DNA of 64,000 nucleotides, taken from assembly GCA_977020255.1 (NCBI GenBank), contig CDROCS010002858.1:1-64000 (forward strand). Direction: 5' to 3'. Positions 29,082-39,050 of this stretch are shown piece by piece. This DNA comes from Obrimoposthia wandeli (taxonomy: Eukaryota). A program made the position numbers and the translations under genes. Each line of letters starts with the position of its first letter. The stretch's first letter is position 1. A model generated the notes under the pieces. It was not told the origin of the DNA, ran no database searches, and saw only the letters and a list, made by a program, of their open reading frames with translations.

Positions 29082-30407
29082 TTAAAACCAGCGTTTATTA
29101 ATGCTCAACCAATAAAAACCAGCACAGCTAGTGATAGCTCTTCCTAAGTATAAAGCTAGTAGGGCGAGCCAAAGACCATGATTTAACAGGTCTTGCGTGA
29201 AAAACCACACGGGGAAAAAAATCAAGAACACAGAAACGAGCATAGCGTTTTGCATAATTTCAACTTGAGTTGTGCCAATAAAAACACCATCAAGTAAATA
29301 ACTAGTGACTGCAATTAAAGGCATCGCTACAAGCCAGGGCAAATAAATATAAGCATTTTCTCTAACAGATTCTATCGATGTCAAAATGTTAATCAACGTC
29401 GAGCCAAAAAAGAAGAATAACAAAGCGAATAACGCTGCCACGATGATTGAAAATGCCGCAGCCGCACCTACTAACTGATAAAGCTGCTTTATATCTTTAG
29501 CACCTATCGCTTTGCCTGTTAGTGCTTCTAAAGCGTGCGCAAAGCCATCTAAAACATGTGAGATCAACATCACTAGCGTCATTAAGATCGCATTTGCAGC
29601 AAGTGTATCAGCACCTAATTTCGCCCCTTGAGCAGTAAAAAATGACATTGCTAACAACAGCATCACTGTGCGAACAAATAAATACCGGTTTACTTTGATA
29701 ATAGGTATGTAACTTTTGTATTGCTTTAGCACCTTGTAAGCTATTTCACCGCTTATTTTCTTCAGTATTTTACGGCAATACCAACTGGCTAAAAACAAAC
29801 CAAAATACTCAGAAATCACCGTTGCATAGGCAAGCCCAGCTGCTTGTAAATCTAATACGTTTACAGCGATTACATCCAGCACTATGTTCAACGCGTTCAT
29901 GCTAATCAACAAAACGAGCAAGATTTTTGTATTTTGGTTACCGACAAACCAGCCCAGCAATACATAGCTACACAAGACAGCTGGCGCGCCATAAATACGT
30001 ATATGAGCGTAACTCTCTGCTTGAGGCAAAACTCGTGCCTCAGGTGCTAATAACGCTAGCGCAGTATCAATAATTGAGGACTGAAATATTAATAATAGCA
30101 ATGAGATAGCCAACGCTATTATCAAAGATTGCACCAATACCGTTTTATTACCTGAGCCATCATTAGCACCCACGTGCTGAGCAACCATGCCTGTGGTACC
30201 CATGCGTAAAAAACCGAAAGACCAATACACAAAAGAAAAAATAGTCGTGCCAATCGCTATAGCCGCTAAAAATCGACTATCAGGCAGGTGACCAATAACT
30301 GCGACATCAACTAAACCTAATAACGGTTGCGATATATTTGACAGCATCACCGGCCAAGAAAGAAGCCAAATTTGTTTATAATTATTTTTATGTATAGCAG
30401 CTAACAC
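29082..30407 (-). CDS. dinF: MATE-family efflux pump, DinF-like
   Basis: PLLGLVDVAVIGHL, FGFLRMGTTG, LDGFAHALE; about 12 TM segments. Confidence 0.88.
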   Translation of the reverse strand: MLAAIHKNNYKQIWLLSWPVMLSNISQPLLGLVDVAVIGHLPDSRFLAAIAIGTTIFSFVYWSFGFLRMGTTGMVAQHVGANDGSGNKTVLVQSLIIALAISLLLLIFQSSIIDTALALLAPEARVLPQAESYAHIRIYGAPAVLCSYVLLGWFVGNQNTKILLVLLISMNALNIVLDVIAVNVLDLQAAGLAYATVISEYFGLFLASWYCRKILKKISGEIAYKVLKQYKSYIPIIKVNRYLFVRTVMLLLAMSFFTAQGAKLGADTLAANAILMTLVMLISHVLDGFAHALEALTGKAIGAKDIKQLYQLVGAAAAFSIIVAALFALLFFFFGSTLINILTSIESVRENAYIYLPWLVAMPLIAVTSYLLDGVFIGTTQVEIMQNAMLVSVFLIFFPVWFFTQDLLNHGLWLALLALYLGRAITSCAGFYWLSINKRWF

Positions 30408-30426
30408 TCATTAATACTCGTGTTGG

Positions 30427-31263
30427 TTATTTGTAAAAAACAGGTTTAAAAGGCCATAGATAGACACCAATAAACAGACACATAGCGGCGACCACCACAG
30501 AAGGCCCTGCTGGAGTGTCAAAATGAAATGAGGCAAATAAGCCAAGCAATACTGAAATACTGCCAATTACTGAGGCGAGTATTGCCATTTTTTCAGGCGA
30601 ATCACTTAACGGCCTAGCCGTTGCAGCAGGTATTATCAGCAACGATGTAATCAGTAAAACACCCACAATTTTCATCGCCACCGCAATGACCAAAGCAATC
30701 ATTAGCACTAACAGTAGCTTCATTCTGGCAACAGGCACGCCTTCCACTGCTGCTAACTCTTCGTTAATAGTCGTGGCTATCAAGTGTGGCCAGTTTTTAT
30801 AAAGTAATAATAAAATTAATGCGCCACCCCCTGCTATCCAAATCAAGTCTACTGGCAAAACGGCAAGTAAATCACCAAATAAGAAGGCCATCAGATCAAT
30901 GCGTGCATCTTCTAAAAAAGACATTGTCACTAACCCTAAAGACAGAGAGCTGTATGACATAATGCCAAGCAAAGTATCTGTGGCTATGAAACGCTGTTTT
31001 TGCATAGCCACCAGCACTAACGCTAATATTAAACAAAAGACTATAATCGCTAAATTAAGGTTAACTTCTAAAAAAATACCAATAGATACACCAAATAAAG
31101 CACTGTGCGCTAAGCTATCACCAAAATACGACATGCGTCGCCAAACTACAAACGCACCCAGTGGCCCGGCTACAATCGCAACTCCCACTCCACCTAATAG
31201 CGCAAAAAGCAAAAAATCATATAGCATATTAGTGATTGCACTCCGATGTATGCTGATGCTCAT
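30427..31263 (-). CDS. znuB: Zinc ABC transporter permease
   Basis: GAFVVWRRMSYFGDSLAHSAL, VGVLLITSLLIIPAATAR. Likely start is the ATG at 31227. Confidence 0.93.
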   Translation of the reverse strand: MSISIHRSAITNMLYDFLLFALLGGVGVAIVAGPLGAFVVWRRMSYFGDSLAHSALFGVSIGIFLEVNLNLAIIVFCLILALVLVAMQKQRFIATDTLLGIMSYSSLSLGLVTMSFLEDARIDLMAFLFGDLLAVLPVDLIWIAGGGALILLLLYKNWPHLIATTINEELAAVEGVPVARMKLLLVLMIALVIAVAMKIVGVLLITSLLIIPAATARPLSDSPEKMAILASVIGSISVLLGLFASFHFDTPAGPSVVVAAMCLFIGVYLWPFKPVFYK

Positions 31264-32011
31264 TGTCAGGTTGCTTTAACATAACATCGCCATGCAAATT
31301 GTGATCGTGATTATGATGATGTGAATAAAGCGCCATTGTTTTTGCGCTCGCTTCGCCAAACAAGTTGATATAAGAAGGGTCTTGAGTAATTTTTTCAGGG
31401 TGACCTGAGCAGCAAATATGATGGTTCATACAAATAACATGATCCGTTGATGACATAACTAAATGCAAATCATGAGAGATCATCAGCACACTGCAACCTC
31501 GCTCTTTTTGGATGTCTGAAATCAATTGATACAGCTCTATCTGGCCGTTGATATCAACCCCTTGCACAGGCTCATCAAGCACTAGTAAATCAGGACTACG
31601 CAATAACGCTCTCGCGATAAGCACCCTTTGCATCTCACCGCCCGACAAGCTATGTATTGAGCTATTGAGCAAGCACGCAATGCTCACACTCGTTACCGCT
31701 TGGTTTAATGCATCATTGGATAATGTTCGAGATGTTTTCAAAAAACGCTTAACCGTTAATGGAAAAGTGCTATCAATATGCAGTTTTTGCGGTACGTAGC
31801 CGACGATTAATCCAGGCTTTATCCACACATCGCCTTCATCAGGTTTGATTAAACCTAAGACCGTTTTAACCAGCGTGGTTTTACCCGCACCATTGGGCCC
31901 TATTAAGGTGGTTATGCAGTTGCTGTGTAAGTTAATGCTCACATTTTGCACTACTTTTTTACCTGAAAAGCTAATATTCACGTTACTTAGCTTTACAATA
32001 TCATTATTCAT
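31229..32011 (-). CDS. znuC: Zinc ABC transporter ATP-binding protein
   Basis: GPNGAGKT, LSGGEMQR, CMNHHICCSGHP, His-rich tail. Confidence 0.94.
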   Translation of the reverse strand: MNNDIVKLSNVNISFSGKKVVQNVSINLHSNCITTLIGPNGAGKTTLVKTVLGLIKPDEGDVWIKPGLIVGYVPQKLHIDSTFPLTVKRFLKTSRTLSNDALNQAVTSVSIACLLNSSIHSLSGGEMQRVLIARALLRSPDLLVLDEPVQGVDINGQIELYQLISDIQKERGCSVLMISHDLHLVMSSTDHVICMNHHICCSGHPEKITQDPSYINLFGEASAKTMALYSHHHNHDHNLHGDVMLKQPDNEHQHTSECNH

Positions 32012-32538
32012 TGAAGATTCTCTGCGGTACTCTGCTTAATACAATTAGGGCACCGGCCAACTATTTCTAAATGTTCGCGCTGCACTTCAAAACCCATTTC
32101 ATCGGTAATATCCGAAATTGCATCTGCAAGTTTCGGGGATTCAAGCTCTACTGCTAGCTGACATTTGTCACAAATTAAAAAACAGCTGCTGCATTGATGT
32201 CCTGGATGAGTACAACCAATAAAGGCATTTAGCGATGATATACGATGCACTAACCCCTGCTCTTGTAAAAACTCTAGTGCTCGGTAAACCGTAGGCGGTG
32301 CTGAGTTGAACCCAGCCTCTTTTATTGCTGGTAACAGCTCATACGCCCCTAACGGTCGATGCCTTTCCCAAATCATTTCTAACACTAAACGTCGAATTTT
32401 TGTGAAACGCTGGCCACGCTCTACGCAAATGGTTTCCGCTCGCTCTAATGCACTATTTATGCAATGTTTATGATCGTGTTTGGATTGAAAAGTGAATGTC
32501 AAAGCTTCCTCTTTGCTGTTTAAAAACAGCGCTAACAA
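32008..32538 (-). CDS. zur: Zinc uptake regulator (Fur family)
   Basis: HDHKHC, PPTVYRALEFL, FIGCTHPGH, CxxC motifs. Likely TTG start at 32502 with an AGAGGA RBS. Confidence 0.92.
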   Translation of the reverse strand: MLALFLNSKEEALTFTFQSKHDHKHCINSALERAETICVERGQRFTKIRRLVLEMIWERHRPLGAYELLPAIKEAGFNSAPPTVYRALEFLQEQGLVHRISSLNAFIGCTHPGHQCSSCFLICDKCQLAVELESPKLADAISDITDEMGFEVQREHLEIVGRCPNCIKQSTAENLQ

Positions 32539-32557
32539 TTGTTATGTTATAACTTTT
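32537..32557. promoter_or_regulatory. Zur box 1
   Basis: AATTGTTATGTTATAACTTTT; matches the TGTTATNNTATAACA-type Zur palindrome; lies between zur and znuA. Confidence 0.75.
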
Positions 32558-32585
32558 TATTGCAGGGCATATTTATTGATGCCAT

Positions 32586-32606
32586 AATTGTTATACTATA
32601 ACTTTT
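32586..32606. promoter_or_regulatory. Zur box 2
   Basis: AATTGTTATACTATAACTTTT, a near-identical copy 49 bp downstream. Confidence 0.75.
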
Positions 32607-32623
32607 TATATCAGGCAGTACTA

Positions 32624-33652
32624 ATGAATTTTCTCTCCAAATGCTACCGCGCATTAATATCCTCAGTTATTTTGAGCACTTGTTTTTTTAGCTCCCATCT
32701 TTACGCAGAACAATACGCAGAGTCAGGTTTTATCTTAACCAGCATCAAGCCCATTCAACTGATCGCTGCTGACATCACGCAAGGGGTTATTAAAGTAGAG
32801 GCGCTATTATCTCCAGGCGCTTCCCCTCACGCTTATTCACTACGTCCTTCTGATGTAAAAAAAATACACAATGCTGCCGCGTTGTTTTGGATAGGACCTT
32901 CTCTAGAAACTTTTTTACAGAAATCTTTTTCTCAATACGCTGATAAAAGCCACGCACTGTTCGGGGAAACATCTTTAGAGCACAAAGAACTTAAGCAAGA
33001 ATCGCATGATGAAAATTTAGAGACACATGCTGAGCATGATCATGAGGAAGCAAAAAAAGAAACTAATGAGCACATAGCAGAAGATAATCATAGCCAGCAT
33101 CAACACAAAATAAAAGTGCATGTGCACACTTACCAAGGCAACGATCCACACATTTGGTTAAGCCCTGTAAAATCGCAACAGATGGCAGCGATAATTAGAG
33201 ACGAAATGATCAAGCTATACCCAAAACATCAGGCTACATTGAATCAAAACTACCAGCAGTTTGTAGCTGAATTAGCGAAGCTAGATTTACAACTCAAGTC
33301 ACAGTTTAGCTCTCTAAAAGCATTAGGGTTTGTCGTGTTCCACGACGCTTATTCACGCTTTGTAGAGCATTATCAACTGAACCAAATTGCAGCGCTTACC
33401 ATAAACCCATCTAAGCGCCCTGGAGCTAAACATTTAGTAGAAATTCGTCAGATGATAAGCCAAGATCAGCCGGTTTGTATATTCAGTGAACCTCAGTTTT
33501 CAGGTGCCGCTATTGAAGCTGTAGTACGTGATTTGCCGATACACATTGGATTATTAGACCCTTTAGCAATAGAGACTAAAGCAACACAAAATCGCTACGC
33601 CAGCTTCTTAGCTCTTTTCGCGCAGCAGTTCATCAATTGTCTTGGGCGTTAA
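32624..33652 (+). CDS. znuA: Zinc ABC transporter substrate-binding protein
   Basis: SIKPIQLI, GASPHAYSLRP, His/Glu-rich loop, DPHIWLSP, FHDAY. ATG 32624 preferred because the track's start falls inside Zur box 2. Confidence 0.93.
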   Translation: MNFLSKCYRALISSVILSTCFFSSHLYAEQYAESGFILTSIKPIQLIAADITQGVIKVEALLSPGASPHAYSLRPSDVKKIHNAAALFWIGPSLETFLQKSFSQYADKSHALFGETSLEHKELKQESHDENLETHAEHDHEEAKKETNEHIAEDNHSQHQHKIKVHVHTYQGNDPHIWLSPVKSQQMAAIIRDEMIKLYPKHQATLNQNYQQFVAELAKLDLQLKSQFSSLKALGFVVFHDAYSRFVEHYQLNQIAALTINPSKRPGAKHLVEIRQMISQDQPVCIFSEPQFSGAAIEAVVRDLPIHIGLLDPLAIETKATQNRYASFLALFAQQFINCLGR

Positions 33653-33666
33653 TTGTCTTGGGCGTT
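33635..33666 (+). repeat. Exact 16-bp tandem duplication spanning the znuA stop
   Basis: AATTGTCTTGGGCGTT x2. Confidence 0.9.
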
Positions 33667-33752
33667 AAAGAAGAGTCGCGCTGTCCACAGCGCTAATCAA
33701 TAGAGGTGATAAATAAACGAAGCGCTCAAGCTAGCTCTGGCTTCAAAAAAAC

Positions 33753-34862
33753 CTAACCAATTACTGCTAAATGATTATCCCATTGCAGGTCATCATTTTT
33801 CAGTAACACTGTTTTGCTCTGTTCTCTTGGGTTTATTTGGTACACAGAGCCACCGCCACTACTAACGATAAAGTTATTGGCAACACCTGTTTTCACAATC
33901 CCGCAGCCGTCACGCACTCTGATGTCATCAATGAACTGACCTGAAGCGATATCCCAAAATAATACGGTATCTCCTTTGGGTGCAGAAGCTGCCAGTGTAG
34001 ATCCTGAGTGATCAAAGCAAACGCTGCCACAATAATGCTTAAGCTGATAATACTGTGCCTCTGGGATCGTTAAAAAGCGTAATGCTTGCCCTTGCTTGTG
34101 CAAAGCCACCAGCGGCACCTTGTCTGTCCGCTCTCCTTGATACTGCATAGCAATCGCTACTTCTCCTATAGCACTGATATCAAGATGGCGAATACTCAGC
34201 TGGTGATGCTTTTGAGACAGCTGTACCTGCTCAATGATCTTGCTCGTTGCTAAATCTATATAGGTTAGATTAGGCTGCATTTCTTCAAGGTTAAACTTTT
34301 TTCTGTCACGCGTATGTATTCCGCCATTGGCGACGATCATCGTGTTTGTTTTATGATTTATAATAAGCTGGTGTGGACCTATTCCGCCGCTTGAGAATTG
34401 ATTAACAACAACAAAGTCTTTTTCAATATCTCTGGCTACAACCAAGCCCTCACTGGTAGCGCTAATATTTTCGGTACTGAACAAATACTGCCCGTTTTGG
34501 CTTATTTGCATGTGCCCGCAAAAGTGTTGATTTTCGCTGCTAGTAATTTGCTTAACCAGTTGCTGCTGATCGATATCAATCACCAGCAAGTACTTACCTG
34601 GTCGTCTGGCAACAACCAATACCCAAGGCTTAGTCGGATGTTTCAATACTTGATGCGCACGACTAGGTAGAGGATAGCGCAACAGCTCTTCACCTTGCTT
34701 GTTAAACACCACTAACCAATGCTGTTCATCGTTATCAACACTGGCTGAGGCATACCAAGACGAGCTTGCCTCACCGGCTGTTATATATGGCGCCGTAACA
34801 AAGCCTGCGCTCAATACCAAGCTTGCTAGATATTTATTAAACTGCCTGCGCTTAACAATCAT
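33753..34862 (-). CDS. DUF1513-family beta-propeller protein
   Basis: Tat-like KRRQF; VARRPG, FCGH, GIGPHQL, NGGIHT, SIRHL, DGCG. Confidence 0.85.
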   Translation of the reverse strand: MIVKRRQFNKYLASLVLSAGFVTAPYITAGEASSSWYASASVDNDEQHWLVVFNKQGEELLRYPLPSRAHQVLKHPTKPWVLVVARRPGKYLLVIDIDQQQLVKQITSSENQHFCGHMQISQNGQYLFSTENISATSEGLVVARDIEKDFVVVNQFSSGGIGPHQLIINHKTNTMIVANGGIHTRDRKKFNLEEMQPNLTYIDLATSKIIEQVQLSQKHHQLSIRHLDISAIGEVAIAMQYQGERTDKVPLVALHKQGQALRFLTIPEAQYYQLKHYCGSVCFDHSGSTLAASAPKGDTVLFWDIASGQFIDDIRVRDGCGIVKTGVANNFIVSSGGGSVYQINPREQSKTVLLKNDDLQWDNHLAVIG

Positions 34863-34868
34863 TACTTG

Positions 34869-35984
34869 TTAATCCCCATCACGTCGATTAAAACCTAAGT
34901 TTACTTGTAATGGTTTCATGCTCGCTAAAAGACTGTCACTTAAACGCTTTAGCTTAACTTTTATATGATCTAGCTTATCAAAATCAGCTTGTTGATAAGT
35001 CATATTGAGAGGCTCTGCTGCTTGGCTTAGTAGCGTTAGCACTTCATTGAATTGCTCTTCTATTTTCGTAGCTAACTCATCTTCTCCGCTTTGTATAAGC
35101 AATTGCTTCACGTTGATTGCTTTCACCCCTGAATACAGATGCTTAAGTGCTACGACGTTACTGCGAACATTCTCAACAGATTGCTCTGAACGCCAAGATT
35201 CACTCCTGCGCCAGCGCATCTTACTAAGCACACTACCTAAAGGCAGAGCGATTTTTGCATCGCTTATCGCTTCCAATGGCTCGACCAACGCTTTTAATAT
35301 TTCAGTTGCCGCTTCCAGCGATGACTCATACACATCATCTTCACTATATTGAGAATAGTTTTGCAATTCATCTCGCCACTCTGCTGTAATCGCCTTGGTG
35401 TTTTGATACACATGTAAGCTAATCGCTTGCATCAATGGGCAGTAACTTTCATTAGTGTCTAATTGAGTCATCAGCTTTTTATCGAACAACATACGTTCAA
35501 GTGCTGGGTAGCCTTTAACAGCCACTGAAGCTTTGGCAAAAAACTCGCTGTCATAGCTCTCAGCGCCTTGCTCACTCTGCTTTTTTAAAATAGTGCTGAG
35601 CTGGCGACCACCAAGATTTTTTTTGTCAGGCCAATATTGCAGACTAAAATTACGCATTAATAAAGTCACTGGCCCAAACTGAATATGTTGAATCTTTTGC
35701 CATGCTTGTAGCGCTTTTTTAAACTGCATTCTTGCTTGCGTTAAACTTTTATCTGCAGCTGCTCCTTGTTCACGTGTTTCACAATAACTGTTGATATTAT
35801 CGCTTAAGTTCTTTGATTCAACAGTAAGCTGCTGGTAATTTGGCGTAATATGTTCAGCTACCACCGCCAAATTGAACGCTTGCCATTGCTCATTACTAGG
35901 CGCTTTAGCGTTCACATTCGTGACCAATGCGTTGCTTATCACAAGACTTGTGATAAGAGTGGCTAGCTTTTTGTTGCTCAACAT
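34869..35984 (-). CDS. Imelysin-family protein (second copy, degenerate metal motif)
   Basis: QFGP...YWPDKKN, KGYPALE (GxHxxE with H->P), C-terminal LGFNRRDGD. Confidence 0.85.
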   Translation of the reverse strand: MLSNKKLATLITSLVISNALVTNVNAKAPSNEQWQAFNLAVVAEHITPNYQQLTVESKNLSDNINSYCETREQGAAADKSLTQARMQFKKALQAWQKIQHIQFGPVTLLMRNFSLQYWPDKKNLGGRQLSTILKKQSEQGAESYDSEFFAKASVAVKGYPALERMLFDKKLMTQLDTNESYCPLMQAISLHVYQNTKAITAEWRDELQNYSQYSEDDVYESSLEAATEILKALVEPLEAISDAKIALPLGSVLSKMRWRRSESWRSEQSVENVRSNVVALKHLYSGVKAINVKQLLIQSGEDELATKIEEQFNEVLTLLSQAAEPLNMTYQQADFDKLDHIKVKLKRLSDSLLASMKPLQVNLGFNRRDGD

Positions 35985-37450
35985 TATAATGACTCCAAGA
36001 AGAGGACAAGCTGATTTCTCGCTTTACCCTCCATTTTAATAATTTTATCGCGGCTCACTTGTGCTTCGCCACCATGCCAAAGGATTGCCTCTAACAATGT
36101 GCGTGCTCTGCCATCGTGTAAAAACTCTGTTTTACCTGATACAGCTTTAGTCTTTCCTATTCCCCAAAGTGCCGGTGTACGCCACTCGCGGCCTGTCGCT
36201 TTAAATTCAGGGCGATTATCCGCCAAACCTTCTCCCATGTCATGCAACAGTAAATCGGTATAAGGCCAAATCAATTGATTCGCCTGCTCTTTAGCCGCTG
36301 TTTTCGACGTTACATACTTTGCTCTATGGCAATTAACACAGCCACTTTTGTAAAACAGAGCCTTTCCCGCTAATACGTCAGGTTCTGCTACATTTGATCT
36401 TTTAGGTACGCCTATATTACGAGTAAACAGTTCGAGCATTTGCGACATTTGCGGCGCGACCTCTACATCACTTAAATGTTTTGAGCGCCCATCAGGTGCA
36501 TTTAAACAAGCAGTTTGCGAGGCAGTACAATCACCTTGAAAAGCTTGCTTAAAAAGCAGCGTAGACAGCCCCATATCAATGGCAAAAGCATTGCTATTTT
36601 GCTGCTCTAAACTTGGGTTGCCCGCTTTCCAGCCAAAACGCCCTAACACAAGAGACTGACTACTGCTCTGCCACACTTGATTCGCTTTACCCGATATTCC
36701 ATCATGATCAAGGTCATCAATATCTTGCATTGATAAAATATCTTTTTCATCAATTGCTTCTAACAACCCTAGTCCTATCATTGGGTTAGCAATACGAACA
36801 GACATTTTAACGTCTTTATGTAACGGACCATACTTTAAATCGGTGACTTTATATTGCGGCTCTCTTAAGCTTACTGTTTCACCTGTTGCTAATTTTACTT
36901 CAAGTGGTGTGAAAGCAATGTGAATTCTACCTTCAGCTTCAAGCCCCTGCATTGCAAAATCTTGCAGTTGCGAGCCATAGGTAGGTTCATTAATAAAAGC
37001 GTGTTTACCGCTAGCAATCATAGCTCGTTGCGCTGCATTTTGTGGTGTAATGCTTAAACGCATTAACATTGAAATAGCATTATCTTGCGGCCAGTTCCCT
37101 TCAGGAACATGCCCTCGACCACCGTTGGTATGACAACCTAAACAAGATCGCGCGTTATGTAATGGTCCTAAGCCATCACTGGCTTGAGTAGAAGATGGAG
37201 AGAACACCCATAATTTTGAAAATATACTTTCGCCAATTTTGAAATCAAGGCGGTTTTCAAAGAGCAAATTGCTCGCGGGCTGCATAAATGATTTTTTACC
37301 ACGCACTTTACTGCTACTAGTACCTGCTGATAGATGTTCATTAGGTTCTGCTTTTGTAAAGTCCGTCGTTAACGGCAAAACTTCGGCCCTTACATTCAGC
37401 GAAAAACAAAAGGCGAATAGAGAGATGTATAGGAAAATTACTTTAGACAA
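35984..37450 (-). CDS. Di-heme oxidoreductase family (DHOR/DUF1111) protein
   Basis: DGLGPLHNARSCLGCH, GRFGWKA, CVNCH, TDLLLHDMG, EWRTPALWG, FLHDGRAR. Confidence 0.9.
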   Translation of the reverse strand: MSKVIFLYISLFAFCFSLNVRAEVLPLTTDFTKAEPNEHLSAGTSSSKVRGKKSFMQPASNLLFENRLDFKIGESIFSKLWVFSPSSTQASDGLGPLHNARSCLGCHTNGGRGHVPEGNWPQDNAISMLMRLSITPQNAAQRAMIASGKHAFINEPTYGSQLQDFAMQGLEAEGRIHIAFTPLEVKLATGETVSLREPQYKVTDLKYGPLHKDVKMSVRIANPMIGLGLLEAIDEKDILSMQDIDDLDHDGISGKANQVWQSSSQSLVLGRFGWKAGNPSLEQQNSNAFAIDMGLSTLLFKQAFQGDCTASQTACLNAPDGRSKHLSDVEVAPQMSQMLELFTRNIGVPKRSNVAEPDVLAGKALFYKSGCVNCHRAKYVTSKTAAKEQANQLIWPYTDLLLHDMGEGLADNRPEFKATGREWRTPALWGIGKTKAVSGKTEFLHDGRARTLLEAILWHGGEAQVSRDKIIKMEGKARNQLVLFLESL

Positions 37451-37564
37451 TTTGAACCACTTTTCAACTACTTACCGTTTTATATTATGCACGCTAAGTA
37501 TAATACTTTAATCATGATGCGACAGCTGATCTATATCACTTGAATTCAGAAAAAAAACATAAAA

Positions 37565-37591
37565 AAAGCTCATCAATAATTGATGAGCTTT
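37565..37591 (-). terminator. Intrinsic terminator after the first imelysin gene
   Basis: AAAGCTCATCAA-TAA-TTGATGAGCTTT perfect 12-bp stem, with a long T tract on the minus strand. Confidence 0.8.
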
Positions 37592-37627
37592 AATTTACTG
37601 CTAACTATTTCAGAATTAAAGGAGAAT

Positions 37628-38905
37628 TTATCCCGCTTTAATACTGCTAGGATCATCTAAACTATCAGATCCTTCAAGCTCTATCTTATCCAACTCTAAT
37701 ACTTCAATCGCATTTTCAATGCTTTTTGTTTGTGCTGTTAATGCATCTACTGCATTTTGCACAATTGCATTGCCTTGCTTGTTATCAGCGCCAATTAGCA
37801 CATCAAACGTATTACCTTTAGCCGCTTCATCAACCATTATTTGCATGGTTTTCTGCGTAGCATTAAGCTCAGTCGTTAACTTAGTATCAATACCTGCCGA
37901 TTTATTAGCAACTAATGCAGATAAACTAGGACCTTTTAACAATGTACCATCTACACGACGATATTCGCCGGTATATACATTTTTGATACTCATCGCATCA
38001 TAGAAATGTGAGAAATGGGTGTTATCAGAAAAACAATCATGCTCTTCTTCAGGGTCATGTACGATTAGGCCAAGCTTAATACGCTCGCCTGCTAGCTCAC
38101 CGTAAGATAAGCTTCCCATGCCCGTTAGCATAGTTGCTAAACCGCCTTTTTCGCCTTTTGCTGCCAACTCTGCACGTGCAGCACCACCTGGCAACCAATT
38201 TGCTTTCATTTCTTCAAGATCGGTAATCAGTAATTCTGTTGCTGCTGTTAAGTAATCACGACGACGATCACAGTTGCCATTAGTGCAATCAGTTAAGCTA
38301 TAGTCTGTATAAGCTCTATTGCCCGCGCCTTTCTCAGTACCATTTAAATCTTGGCCCCATAATAAAAACTCAATCGCGTGATAACCTGTCGCAACATTTG
38401 ATTCAACTTCATCAATTTCTTGTAAAGTTTCACCTAACAATTTAGCCGTTATTTTAGATGCATCAACTTTAACGCCACCAATGTTCAACATTGGGTTAGC
38501 AATAACGTTTGCTGCATAGTATGGGTTTTCATCTGACTCAGCACCGTAGCTTGAATCTACATAGTCGATAAGACCTTCATCTAACGGCCATGCGTTTACT
38601 TTTCCTTCCCAGTCATCAACTATCGCACTACCAAAACGGTATGCTTCGCTCTGCTGGTAAGGAACACGAGCTGCTATCCATGATTTTCTAGCCCCTTCCA
38701 ATGTTTGCTGACTTGGCTTATCTAGTAAAGCTGCAATACTCGTTTGTAAGTTCTTTGCTGTTTCTAAAGAATCTTCAAATGTTGCTTGTGCAATATCACC
38801 GTAATGCTTAAGCACTGCTGTAGCAGAATCATCCGCCTGCACGCCTGTTGATAGTGTTGCAAACCCAATTGCTGCAGATAGTGCTAGTACCGAAAAGGAC
38901 TTCAT
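37628..38905 (-). CDS. Imelysin / iron-regulated protein A (IrpA/IcmP-like)
   Basis: Signal peptide; VNAWPLDEGLIDYV, TGYHAIEFLLWGQD (GxHxxE), EEEHDCFSDNT. Confidence 0.92.
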   Translation of the reverse strand: MKSFSVLALSAAIGFATLSTGVQADDSATAVLKHYGDIAQATFEDSLETAKNLQTSIAALLDKPSQQTLEGARKSWIAARVPYQQSEAYRFGSAIVDDWEGKVNAWPLDEGLIDYVDSSYGAESDENPYYAANVIANPMLNIGGVKVDASKITAKLLGETLQEIDEVESNVATGYHAIEFLLWGQDLNGTEKGAGNRAYTDYSLTDCTNGNCDRRRDYLTAATELLITDLEEMKANWLPGGAARAELAAKGEKGGLATMLTGMGSLSYGELAGERIKLGLIVHDPEEEHDCFSDNTHFSHFYDAMSIKNVYTGEYRRVDGTLLKGPSLSALVANKSAGIDTKLTTELNATQKTMQIMVDEAAKGNTFDVLIGADNKQGNAIVQNAVDALTAQTKSIENAIEVLELDKIELEGSDSLDDPSSIKAG

Positions 38906-39026
38906 GGTTTAACTCCGCGAATTATATTATCGTCTAATGAATTATCAACGTTCGATTAAAAGCGGGTTTTTCATCTATTAGGATGCAGCTTTTAATCAAT
39001 CGTAGGAAAGAAAGGACGAAATAGTA

Positions 39027-39050
39027 ATTGATAATGAATCTTATTTCAAT
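39027..39050. promoter_or_regulatory. Fur box upstream of the imelysin cluster
   Basis: ATTGATAATGAATCTTATTTCAAT; close to the GATAATGATAATCATTATC consensus, with ATTGA/TCAAT palindromic ends. Confidence 0.7.

Noticed and set aside
31819-31827. DnaA box TTATCCACA
   Set aside because: A single copy inside znuC coding sequence; no cluster, so not oriC.
32940-33130. His/Glu-rich low-complexity stretch
   Set aside because: The normal His-rich loop of ZnuA.
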